Below are positions 53,517 through 64,000 of a stretch of DNA of 64,000 nt, one piece after another. Origin of the DNA: Antedon mediterranea. Taxonomy: Eukaryota > Animalia > Echinodermata. Where the stretch lies: the NCBI RefSeq assembly GCF_964355755.1, contig NC_092678.1:2496422-2560421 (forward strand), in the 5' to 3' direction. Under the pieces are notes generated by a model. The model had not been told where the DNA came from, searched no databases, and saw nothing but the letters and a program-made list of their open reading frames with translations. Numbering within the stretch: position 1 is the stretch's first letter; every line of letters begins with the position of its first letter. A program made the translations under genes and the position numbers.

Positions 53517-53885
53517 TAAGGGCCAGGCCAGCAAAGGTTGTGATCTTCTAGCTAGCTAGTTAAGCCAGGCCAGCAAAGGTTGTGATCATCTCGCTAGCTT
53601 GTTAAGCAAAGCCAACAAAGATCACAATCGTCTGGCTATAGAGTTATGCCAGACCAGCAAAGATCGCGATCGTCTAGCTACTGTACGTAGTTAACCCAGT
53701 TTGTGATCACCTAGCTACATAGTTAAGCAAAGCCAGCAAAGGTTCTGATCGTCTAGCTACGTAGTTAAGCAAAGCCAGCAAAGGTTCTGATCGTCTAGCT
53801 ACGTAGTTAAGCAAAGCCAGCAAAGGTTATGATCGTTTGGCTTTGTAGAAAAGCAAGGCCACCAAAAATCGTGATCATTTAGCGA
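53517..53885. repeat. ~42-bp minisatellite (AGTTAAGCAAAGCCAGCAAAGGTTCTGATCGTCTAGCTACGT), ~9 copies, likely in the ATRIP 3' UTR
   Basis: Tandem copies begin ~200 nt after the stop; AATAAA at 54220-54225. Confidence 0.9.
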
Positions 53886-54854
53886 GCTCATTTAAAACTA
53901 AATTCTTTTCTGATGTACGTACTTAATGAATTCTTAAAATCATAATCCTCAAGCAGCTGAAAACAATTATACAGTATTTCTATAATTCGCTGTTCTTAAA
54001 GATAGAAGTTATCACTTTTTTTTAAAGAAAGCAAAATTTACCTAAATCTGCATTTTAGGATTCAAACGAAATAAGGCACTTATAGAAACTATTATTGGTA
54101 GGTTTCAAACTTTTATATGTGTAGAAATCGTGCATATGTTTCTATATTCTCTTTGTAAAACTTCTTTTATCTGCTCACTCAGGAGTATAAATGGGTACAA
54201 CCAGACATTTCCAGATTTTAATAAAAAGTTGCATTCCATAATCATAATTGATTAACTTTTTGTTACAATTATAGATTAACTTTTTGTAGCGTTTTTTTAG
54301 AAAATATTTAAAACAAAAAATGTACATTAACATAAAACTATATTGGACATTGTATGTTTCCTTTCTGTTTTATTTTGAACTTTCAACGTTTATATGAGTT
54401 TTTTGTTGAAAGTTTTAAGATTCAGCTGTTACAGTAAGTGTTTTTTCATTTGAGGTGTTCATTCAACCATAACAAATGTCCGTGTATGTTTGAATCCAGT
54501 GGCGGATGCTTTATGTTGTGGATGTAGAACTGTTTGGTTGATGGTCATGATTATCGCTCTCAAGTTTGTATTTTAAGCTGTAATTTGATGTGTATAACAC
54601 TGGTCTTTGATCAAGATGCTCGCCCTGTAAGTGAAGAGGTACTGGTGCGAATCTTCCCAGATATCTTAATGTATTGAATTTGTCCAATAATGTTCTATGG
54701 TTATACTGTCTATGTATTTACCTTCATCTTCAGCTATGATTCAATCAACCATCTGTGGTCTTCTGATTAAGCACCTGTATTATAAGTGAGACGTCACAGG
54801 TTCGAATCTTACTGGAAGATATGTATTATGTATTTTTATGTATTATTTCCAAGT

Positions 54855-55782
54855 CCATTCTTCTAATTCTCTTTTTACTATCTTCTAATCTCCCTTCTAA
54901 GTTCCTTCTTCTAACTCTCTTCCTTCTTCTAACTCTCTTCCTTCTTCTAACTCTCCACTTCAAACCGCCTTCGTCCACCTCCTTACTCCCTGTATTCTAA
55001 ATTATTTCTTTTAACCATCTTCTTCCAACTTCCTTTTTTAACTGCCTTTCTTCCAACTTCCTTGTTTTATTCCTTTTTTTTATCTCCTTTCTTTCTTTTA
55101 ACTCCTTTCTTTTAACTTCATTGTATCTCACTTCTGGCAACTCCCTTCTTCCAACTTCCTTGTTTTAACTGCCTTTCCTCCAACTCCCTTCTTTTATTCT
55201 TTTCCTTTATCCCCCCCTTTTTTTTAACCCATATTTAATGAGGGTGATCCATCCAGCTATTGCTGATCATTAGGGACCCTCAGAGGTTCACAAGACAAAC
55301 ATATACACAAGATGCTCTACATAAACAAAGTCTTATTACAAGTCTTTGGGAGTGGAGTAATTTGGTCCTTAGAAAAAATCCTGACATGTGACGGGACTTG
55401 AACCCAGGACCCTTGGAGTGGTAGCCAAGCATCATAACCACCAAGCCACAACTCCACTATAATGAGTCCCTTCTTTTAACCATCTTCTTCCAATTCCCTT
55501 CTTTTAACCACCTTTGTCCAATCCCTTCTGCTAACTCCCTTCTTCCAACCTCCTTCTTTTAACCACCTTCGTCCAACTCCGTTCTTCCAACTTCCTGCTT
55601 TTAACCACCTATCAACTTTTTTCTGCCAACTCCCTTCTTCCAACTCCCTTCTTCCAATTCCCTTCTTTTATCTCCCTTCTTTCTTTAGACTCATTTCTTC
55701 GAACTCCCTTCCCACTCCTTCTTTTTTCCCTTCATTTATTCCCCTTCTTTCTTTTAACTCCTTTCTTCTAACTCCCTTCTTC
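54855..55782. repeat. Pyrimidine-rich degenerate satellite (CCAACTCCCTTCTT), interrupted by a SINE
   Basis: Recurrent AACTCCCTTCTT / TTTTAACC units. Confidence 0.85.
55300..55453 (-). mobile_element. tRNA-derived SINE
   Basis: Minus-strand A box TGGCTTGGTGG and B box GGTTCAAGTCC; no acceptor stem, so not a tRNA. Confidence 0.7.
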
Positions 55783-56262
55783 AAAGGTCATCATGTTGAA
55801 AGCGTCACGTTGCCACGGCTCCAAATGGAACAGCATAATTATTGTTAATTAACGATAACTTTGTTGTTACATTGTCGCAAAGAGCGGCACCGGTAACGAC
55901 TAATTACCGGTTATTTATTATATAAATTAGCTCAAATTAAATCCGTTTTATAAAAGTTGATTGTAGATCATTTAATTGAATGCTTATTCAATTTTCGCCT
56001 TGCGTGAGGTATAGTATTTACAGCAGTATCTTATCTGTGGTTCGACACGCTAAATCCAGGTCACTGGTCTTTAAGACACTTGCACTGTAAAGAAGATCAC
56101 GGGTTCGAATCTGACAACTATATTTTTCTTTTTGTGAAAATGTTCCATACCGTATGATACAAATATCCGTTACAGTTAATACAAAGTGAAATGATACGAA
56201 TAGAATTACATAGGTGATATTCCAAATGTTTACACTAATTATTAATATGGAGATCATACTTA

Positions 56263-56441
56263 AGCTTGGTTCCCACTAGAACGTAACGCAAGGACGTAAA
56301 CGCAACGCAAGCGTTTTAACCAATGACAAGCGAAGTTATAGACAGTTAGCAATCACAAGCGAATACGACATCGCCTGTGATTGGTCAATTCACTTGCGTT
56401 GCGTTACGTCCTTGCGTTGCGTCGCTAGTGGGAACCACGCT
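56263..56441. mobile_element. Harbinger-like MITE family B (long hairpin)
   Basis: AGCTTGGTTCCCACTAGAACGTAACGCAAGGACGTAA...TTACGTCCTTGCGTTGCGTCGCTAGTGGGAACCACGCT with TTA TSD; partial copies at ~4085-4154 and ~57639-57742. Confidence 0.88.
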
Positions 56442-56861
56442 TTAGAAGACAATCGCCATAACCACGTCGGCAATCGTTATCTTTTCATTTTATTTACCTT
56501 TCTCAACATCATTGTTTGTTAACCTCATTTTTGCCAGTTATAACGCATTTTCTTATAGTCTATGTTTACCTCAATAATGTTCGAAATGTTCCGTTTACAA
56601 ACTATGACTGATTGAAATGAATCTTTTTTGCTGTTTTCATTCGTCGTTTGTGATTGGTGACATTTACCACTTTCTCCTCATTCATCTATAAGCCTGTAAC
56701 CTCCATCTTAAGCAGTATTCTAATTCGTCAATTCCTCTCATCTATTTATAAATATTCATGTACACCGTTACCGTCCCCGTAATTAGTAGCATGATCTTAA
56801 TCATCTTACATAGATCGCTGGTGTTTATTTGAGCAACAGAACCTCGCATCGAATCTTGACA

Positions 56862-56879
56862 ATGATTTTGTTCTTGTTG
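56862..56879 (+). CDS. Candidate first coding micro-exon (MILFLL) of an unidentified secreted protein
   Basis: ACAATG start followed by a perfect GTAAGT donor, phase 0. Confidence 0.35.
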
Positions 56880-57106
56880 GTAAGTTTTTCTTTATATCTT
56901 TAATATTTAATTACTTGACGCATTAAGGTGTCGTACGTTAAGATAAATTTAAGAAAAATTATTATATCATACATCTTAATCTATGGAATGGCGGGATTAA
57001 TCTCTGAACGAATGGTGCGTCTGTTCCAATTAAGATAAAGTAAATGATAAAAAGAAAATTAGTTACATTTATTATACATTCGAATGATTCAATCAATTGA
57101 ATACTA

Positions 57107-57372
57107 ATGCTTGGTTCCCACTAGCAACGCAGCACGTACATCGACGTAATCGCAACGTCTTTCTGCCAACTCTCTTCTTCCAACTTCCTGCTTTTAACCA
57201 CCTTCCAACTCCCTTCTGCCAACTCCGACGACGTAATCACAACGTAAGGGATTTGACCAATCGCAAGCGATGTATTATTCAAACTGTCGCTTGCGGGTGC
57301 CTACGTCATTGCGTTGCGTCCTAGTGGAAACCAAGCTTTAGTGGAAACCAAACTTTAGTGGAAACCAAGCTT
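57107..57372. mobile_element. MITE family B with internal templated insertion and triplicated right end
   Basis: Family B TIRs; satellite-derived insert 57159-57228; TAGTGGAAACCAAGCTT x3 at 57322-57372. Confidence 0.8.
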
Positions 57373-59218
57373 CAGAGATATGTGTACAAAATATATATTC
57401 TTAGATGAAACAAAATAGACAAATAATATCCATACATAGTTACACATTTACATTAAAAGATAACAGTCAAATATTAGAACGCCAACATAATATGGAAATA
57501 TTTAGTTATTCCTTGTTTATGTCTCTAATATTTGACTGGTAGTAGGCCTACGAAGATAAGACTTTTCATCAACACTTATCATCAGAAAAATTATTAATCT
57601 GGGAACTAATGGTTGTTAATAAATATAAGTTCAGCCTTAGCTTGGTTCCCATTAGAAACGCAACGTAAGGACGTAGACGCAACGAAAGTGAGTTGACCTA
57701 TCACAAGCGTCTATTCGAATAATCCATCCATCATCCAAGCTTTATATAGCATATATGTTTATTAATTGATGGTATATAATATAAAATATGATAATTATCG
57801 ATTAGCGATTGTTTAACTGTTTATATTACTCTCTTCTCAAACAAACAGGGAATCAAATAAAATTGAATACAATACTTTATTATCCCTAGGAATTATATTG
57901 GCTCAGTCATAATCAAGACACTATAAAACAACATTATATATCAAGATTATGATTTCTGTAGACGCATGCGTTTAAAGTTTTGGTTTGTTGTACAGTGGCT
58001 ATCTAGCATCAATTGATACTTTACGTTTGTCTTAGACAGTGTATCTATATATAATTCATAATGATTAAATTTATAAAACAAAGTGACACGGAGAACAAAA
58101 TAAACGTATAGGCAAAGAACTGAACAAGAATATTACAATGTTGATATACAAACGTTGATTCACGAGATATACAACCCTGTCCTATTAGTATGCAAGTACT
58201 CTAGGCGTTTATTTCAGTTCGGATGATGATGAGAATAGTTTCTCGAAACATGTCAAGACATTATAAGGCAGTTTGCCTGTTTATCAAATGCCTCACAATC
58301 GTTATTTTAACTCGAAAGATAGGCATATTAAATGAGGGGGCCTAACTGAGAGCTATTGGGTTTGGCATAATATCTATATTAAAACAAAATGTATTTGTTT
58401 ACAGTAGACCGTGGCTGCTGCTAAAAATTGTATCCAAATATTCTATCGTATTTCATGTGTTACTATTATACTTAGAAGCCCTCTGTGAAACGAAGGAGAC
58501 ACTTGCTCTAACCCTATGATCAACTCCCTTCGGTGGTGACATTACGGAAAGCAAAAAAGGGGAATAAACTATGGTTCGTTTTCAGTGTTAACTTCCCGAT
58601 AGCCGGAAAGATAGTCATAATATAAAACAGCTTAGGCCTTCATTCTTAAATTACTGTACTATAAAATAAAATAATGTATTTTAAAGAAATCAATCAATAT
58701 ACCGGTTGAGCTGTAGGCCTAGTTTTAAAATAAGACAGGCTAACAATAGTAAAGAAATAACGATACAATCGTAGGTAGGCCTGCCATAGAATTAGATTAT
58801 AATTAATATTAACAGGATATTAGTCGTATAGTGCTTTTTAGTGGTAGAAAAAGTAACTAGATGAAAATTAATCGTTTGAACGAATCTTGCGGGAAGTAAC
58901 AGATTAACAAATTGGAAGTTTAAATTGGATGAAGATAGATTGATTCTAAACGCTTTATTCTGATAATCGTGGAAGACGGAGCTATTATAGGCTACATTGA
59001 GTATGCTACTTTTAAAAGTATAGATTATAACAAATCTGACGCTGAAAATAATTGGAAGATTAAAATGAGAAAAAGATGGATTGATCGTATAGCCGGCATT
59101 TAAACGGAAATTTTTTTCACATAGTGATTCTTTTAGCGTCTTGGCCTTCATTTCTTTCTGCACCCAAGAAGAATAACGGGACCATCACACTAATGTATAT
59201 ATTTTTTTCTTTTTTTAG

Positions 59219-59258
59219 GTTTTAACGTTTGTAACGAATTCAGTGGTTTGCCTCCAGG
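59219..59258 (+). CDS. Candidate second micro-exon (VLTFVTNSVVCLQ) completing a signal-peptide-like sequence
   Basis: Branch point CTAAT, long poly-T acceptor, GTAAGA donor, phase 0-1. Confidence 0.4.
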
Positions 59259-59827
59259 GTAAGATATAAACACTTTGATATTTGAATCATTTAAAGGCAC
59301 TATCCTATTTTATGAATCCAAACAGGATGACGTTTACTTATTGCATTTGTTTGATATACTTTCGGTCGTGTGTCTTCTGTGCCTATACTTACGTCTCACG
59401 TGAACATGGTTTTTTTCGCGTAATATTAAAAACAAACCGTTTAATAGGCCTACACTTCTGTCGATAAATTTTATTTTACGGCAACATTAATAGAGAATCT
59501 TCGGAAGACGTTTGATAATCATTTAGTTGAAAATCAATAATGACAATATTAATGAAAGGTAAAAAACTGCTTAAGAAATCCTACTTCAAAATTGAATTAT
59601 TGAGTACGGTTTACGCTTATGATGTGCACACGAAACAACTTTATAATGACATTATGCATTAATCACTTTTATATTGTACGAGATGAACATTAGTCACCCC
59701 GTGGCGAATATTAGACTACACGTACTGATACTGATCGTTATTGTTTTAAACTGAAATTAGAAATAGCGCACGAGTCACTCATTGTAGATTATGATATTGA
59801 ACACGTTTTCATAAAGGTTAACAAAGG

Positions 59828-60243
59828 TTAACTAGAACTAGAGGGGACGCGCGAATTACATAACTAGAAATAGAGTGTACGTGCTTATTACGTCAACTAG
59901 AACTAGAGTTTACGCGCAAATTACGTCAACTAGAGCTAGAGGATACGCGCGAATTACGTCAAAACTAGAGGGTACGCGCGAATTACGTAAACTTAAACTA
60001 GAGGGTACGCGCGAATTACGTCAACTAGAACCAGAGGACGCGCGAATTGCGTCAAGTAGAACTAGAGGCTACGCGCGAATTACGTCAACTAGAGCTAGAG
60101 GATACGCGCAAATGAATACGTCAACTAGAGAGTACGCGCGAATTACGTCAACTAGAACGTACGCGCGAATTACGTCAACTAGAACTAGAGGGTACGCGTG
60201 AGTTACGTCAACTAAAACTAGAGGGTACGTGCAGATTACTTCA
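59828..60243. repeat. ~33-bp CpG-rich minisatellite (AACTAGAACTAGAGGGTACGCGCGAATTACGTC), ~13 copies
   Basis: Tandem copies with small indels. Confidence 0.93.
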
Positions 60244-61031
60244 ATATCGTTAAGCATCCTAGATCCGCACCCTTACCTCTATCTTTAAAGCGGACATGGT
60301 AATCATTTAGAAAGTACGCATATCCACTAAACGTCAAATTATTATGAACAATATCATTCAAGTGACTAGAAGTTATTTTATGCATAAACAATTGACACAA
60401 AAATAATCATAACCCATGGACAAACAAATATATCCTATTAATTGAATTTAAATGACTAATTATCCTACAAACTAAACAGTGTGCCTCAAATATGTAATTA
60501 CAATCAGCAAGGACATACTGTATTTACAATTAAAATGAAATAATTGGTCAAATTAGATTACAACAAAACGAATCTCCCACAGAGGGATCTGGTTTATTTA
60601 ATATTTCATATTTTATTGTATTGTTGAAAAAAATTCAATAAACAATAAATTTGGAATAGAATGTAGAGTAGTGTGGGATGAGGATTTATAATCAATTTGT
60701 AGTCAATAATAGTGCATATTTGTAGAATGTATACGTCTTGAATTGAAATACATACAAAAAACTATTATAACTCGTAAGCAATACACACTTGTTATGAACA
60801 TTTTTATTTCCAAAATGAAAAGTCGATATCAAAGATATAAATTCAGTATAAAAATGACAATAGAAAATAATGTACAAATTATTAGTACAATATTTAACAT
60901 AAAAATGAAAAGTATATTACAACTTATTTTGAAAATTAACATAACTATTGAAATTTAATTTCTTTATTCTCATCTAAAATATAAAACATTGATTATACAT
61001 TAAGAAGCATGAAAGAATATTTTTATAATCT

Positions 61032-61214
61032 TTATTCCGAAATATCATCCAGTACTATATTATTTTCTTTATCGGCGTCCGATTTGATAGATATATTATC
61101 GGATCTCGCACTTTGTGGTGGATCACCTAGTAAAATATCTAGCTGCTGCTTCTGGTTGTCACCGAGCTCCTCAAGGCGTCGTTTAATCATCGATACATCG
61201 CGTTGGTGCTGGTC
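61032..61214 (-). CDS. CEP83: Centrosomal protein 83 (CCDC41), terminal exon (DQHQRDVSMIKRRLEELGDNQKQQLDILLG...DDISE*)
   Basis: tttAG acceptor phase 0; matches the recalled human C-terminus [27 protein letters not shown]. Confidence 0.88.
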   Translation of the reverse strand, partial: DQHQRDVSMIKRRLEELGDNQKQQLDILLGDPPQSARSDNISIKSDADKENNIVLDDISE

Positions 61215-62195
61215 CTAAAAGATAATGAATTAATCAAATTATTATATTAAGGAGGGCCCGCCCCTCTGTTTGAAAATCAGCAATGAAAAAAATATTGTGT
61301 CAAGTACAGTAAAATAAGAAATTATTAAGCATATTAATGAAATAAAGATAATTATTTTATCATTAAATAAGTGAGCTAAACTGAATAAATAGCACAAATG
61401 GTAACGACAGGGCATTTCCTCAGGAAATTTATGAGAAAATATAACACAAAGACAAAATATATATATTAACAGCTGCTGTAGAATATATAGCCACATGTTT
61501 TATACAGTGGACCATTTTAAATCACAAGGTTTGCATGGTACATACAATTGAATAGCCACTCATTTCAGCAGCCAGAATGCGGACCATAGAACAGCATTGC
61601 ATGCATGCTTAACAGAGGTCGAGTCGTTTGACCTCTGTTAAGATACCACTACTTTATAAAATATATAAAGAGAAAAAGACTCCAAAATGCCCAGCAATGA
61701 TGTGCAGAATATGCAGGTTTTTTTTATACCAAACTCAACTCCCAAAGTTATATTAGGCATATCACCAAGCACTATTTGGTTGAGGGGGAGTTTTTGTGGA
61801 AGTTTAAAGCCTATACTGGGCCACATAATTTGTGTACAAAATGTTGTTTAGCATTGCCCACTATGCAACCAATGGTAGCTGGTAATTCATTCATTGGTGT
61901 CTGTCCCAACCAATCCAACATTGTATATTAGTAATCATATATAGTGTGGAAAAACATTTTGAACAGTAAGAAAATGGTGATAACTAAAATTATTATTTGC
62001 CCCACCATCCTCTGTTAGGTAGAAAAGTACCACATATACACTTACTGTCCAGTATTACGCCTCTGTGTATGATCATACAACTGTAAAAATGTTAATAATT
62101 TTATACCAATTTGTACTGATAATATGGGGATGTATCTAAATTGAGAACATCATAAAAACTGAGTCCACATTAGTGTAACAGATACTCTTCTTTAA

Positions 62196-62394
62196 AGCCT
62201 GTTTTCCTGTCGACGTTATTCGACGCTATCGTCGTTGATCGTTAACAGTTCAACGACAATCGTTTGAAAACGATCAAGTTGAAATGATGACAATAGCGAG
62301 TACCTTTTCCTGTAAATCGTTACCATTTCAATGTTTACGTAGAAGATCGCCGATTATTGTTAACGATAGCGTCGACGTTACAGGAAAACAGGCT
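62196..62394. mobile_element. MITE family C
   Basis: TIRs AGCCTGTTTTCCTGT..CGACG / CGTCGACGTTACAGGAAAACAGGCT; CpG-rich AACGAT motifs; TAA/TTA flanks. Confidence 0.8.
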
Positions 62395-62604
62395 TTACAA
62401 TGAATTTCTTAGTTTGAATACAGTAGTTTTTTCATAGTGTTGTAACTTTTTTCTAACGAGTTCAATTTATACTTAGTCCTAACAACATGGACCATAAATG
62501 ATCTCTTGTCCGTAACTATTACACTCTAACAAAGTTGTCCCTTGATTTTAAAGTCTACAGTCTGATCAGACTGTAGACTGACCTCAACCCATATAATAAC
62601 CTAC

Positions 62605-62797
62605 CTGGTCTAAATAGCTTTTATGATGGTATGGTGTTGAACTACTCGTAGGCAATACTCCCGTTATTGACAAGTTTGCGATTGGTCCTAGGCTCATATC
62701 TGCTCCGGCAAGTAAACTTTTAAATTCACTTTGTTTTCTCTGCAGTTCACGTAACTTGCGAACAGCTTTTGAGTAAGTTTCTTTCGGAATCTGCTTC
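62605..62797 (-). CDS. CEP83: CEP83 exon (KQIPKETYSKAVRKLRELQRKQSEFKSLL...)
   Basis: ttacAG/GTAGGT, phase 2-0; resembles human [29 protein letters not shown]. Confidence 0.87.
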
Positions 62798-62893
62798 CTG
62801 TAAGATTAATTCATGCTAATTTATTCGGAAGTTATGGCAATTTTAGTATCTTAGGAATAACGTTTTCAAGAGTAGGAAATGTTGAAGCCCTAA

Positions 62894-63029
62894 AGCTCTG
62901 TCTACAGTATCAATGTGATGTGCCCATATATGATGATGTCATATCACTACCATATTTGGGCTTATCACTACCGTGTTTAGGCACATCACACTCTTTTTGT
63001 CAAAGTAGTTTGATAGTGTAGACAAAGCT
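62894..63029. mobile_element. Harbinger MITE family A
   Basis: TAA TSDs, TIRs present. Confidence 0.82.
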
Positions 63030-63053
63030 TAAGACTGTCTTACAATTGAGTAC

Positions 63054-63154
63054 CTTAGTGTTTGATTCTCAAGCTCCAGTTGTTCTTGTTTTGCTTCCAG
63101 TATTTGAATCTTATCTTTCAACCGGTCTACAACTGTTTGATACTTCTTCTTTTT
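63054..63154 (-). CDS. CEP83: CEP83 exon (KKKKYQTVVDRLKDKIQILEAKQEQLELENQTLR)
   Basis: ttgtAG/GTACTC, phase 0-2; resembles human [23 protein letters not shown]. Confidence 0.88.
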
Positions 63155-63249
63155 CTACAAAATTAGAAGCAAACAAAATTTAAAATGTCAATCTCTGTCA
63201 TGCATGTCAGATCAGAGCCTACTACGATCATGAAATAAACCTTTTATAC

Positions 63250-63613
63250 CTTTTTATGAACTTTTTCTTGCATTTCCAAGTTTTTATTCATCTTTTTTAT
63301 TTGATCTTCTAGTTCATCTAGCCTCTTCTGCAGCTGTTGCTTTTCATCTAGACTTGCTAGTCTTTGTTGCTCCAGTCGTTGCTGGGCAACATCTTTAACT
63401 TGTTCTAAATCATTGCGAGTTAATCGTAGTTCATCGTTTAACATATCTATGGAGTTTTTAAATTTGTCATTTTCGGTGTTCAGTTCTTGTTCAATTGTTT
63501 GCAGGCTTAACAGTTCTGTTTGATTGGAATGTAGTTTTTCTCGCAATTCTGCATTTCGTTGTCTTTCTTGGTCCAGTTCTTGGCTTGTATTATTATGTTG
63601 ATCAAATTTTGCT
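63250..63613 (-). CDS. CEP83: CEP83 exon (coiled coil; gene continues beyond the window)
   Basis: attcAG/GTATAA, 364 bp phase 2-0, heptad-rich open frame (ORF 63244-63546). Confidence 0.85.
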
Positions 63614-64000
63614 CTGAATAATTAAAAATATAATAAATAATAATATAATTATCATTTATTACAAATATTATTACACAAAGTAATCTCATTTGAGATCGCA
63701 AACATAATAAGGATGGAAAAATAATAGAAAAAATTTAGAAATTATGCAAAATTTGAAAATGGTACATCTGAAAAGGAAAATCAATATTCGCTAATTGCAA
63801 CATTTCAAACTAAAAGATAAATCTTAATCATTTCTAATAGACAGAATAGTAACTAGTACTTACATGAGCTACTTGTGTGGCAAACATAATTGAAGCTTTT
63901 GCTTGTAGCAGACAATGACGTACTTAACACAACATAAGTACTTTTAAGTTTTATTATTATAAATAACTCGCTAATTTACTCAATTTGAAACCGTACTGTT

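Noticed and set aside
55384-55453. tRNA genes here and at ~18586, ~54755, ~56058
   Set aside because: A and B boxes are present but acceptor stems do not pair; these are SINE heads.
59875-60201. YARITSTRTRG repeat ORF as a neuropeptide precursor
   Set aside because: No dibasic cleavage pattern, and unit indels shift between frames.

Overview
AT-rich, intron-rich animal genomic DNA, probably a marine invertebrate deuterostome such as an echinoderm (inferred from DeuSINE-type repeats and protein similarity). Four spliced genes can be built by hand with consistent splice phases. (1) CaMKI (+): 8 coding exons, 2038-35481; the first coding exon lies upstream of the window and one intron is 20 kb. 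(2) NDUFB11 (-): 3 exons, 40915-42044, 178 aa. (3) ATRIP (+): 12 coding exons, 46159-53323, ~878 aa, with one GC-AG intron. (4) The last four coding exons of CEP83/CCDC41 (-), 61032-63613. NDUFB11 and ATRIP are head-to-head, and a 3.1-kb foldback (Mutator-like) transposon with ~1.2-kb inverted arms and a perfect 10-bp TSD sits 45 bp upstream of the NDUFB11 ATG. Non-coding DNA holds many MITEs (Harbinger-, hAT-, Kolobok-, P-like), a non-autonomous Helitron, tRNA-derived SINEs and minisatellites. Other signals worth checking: an array of ~24 consensus 5' splice sites just before the last CaMKI exon, TA->TACWGTA / TA->TAGGCCTA footprint insertions, and two micro-exons that splice into a signal-peptide-like sequence of an unrecognised gene. 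Most ORFs in the supplied track are spurious. All homology calls are from memory of the protein families, not from database searches.
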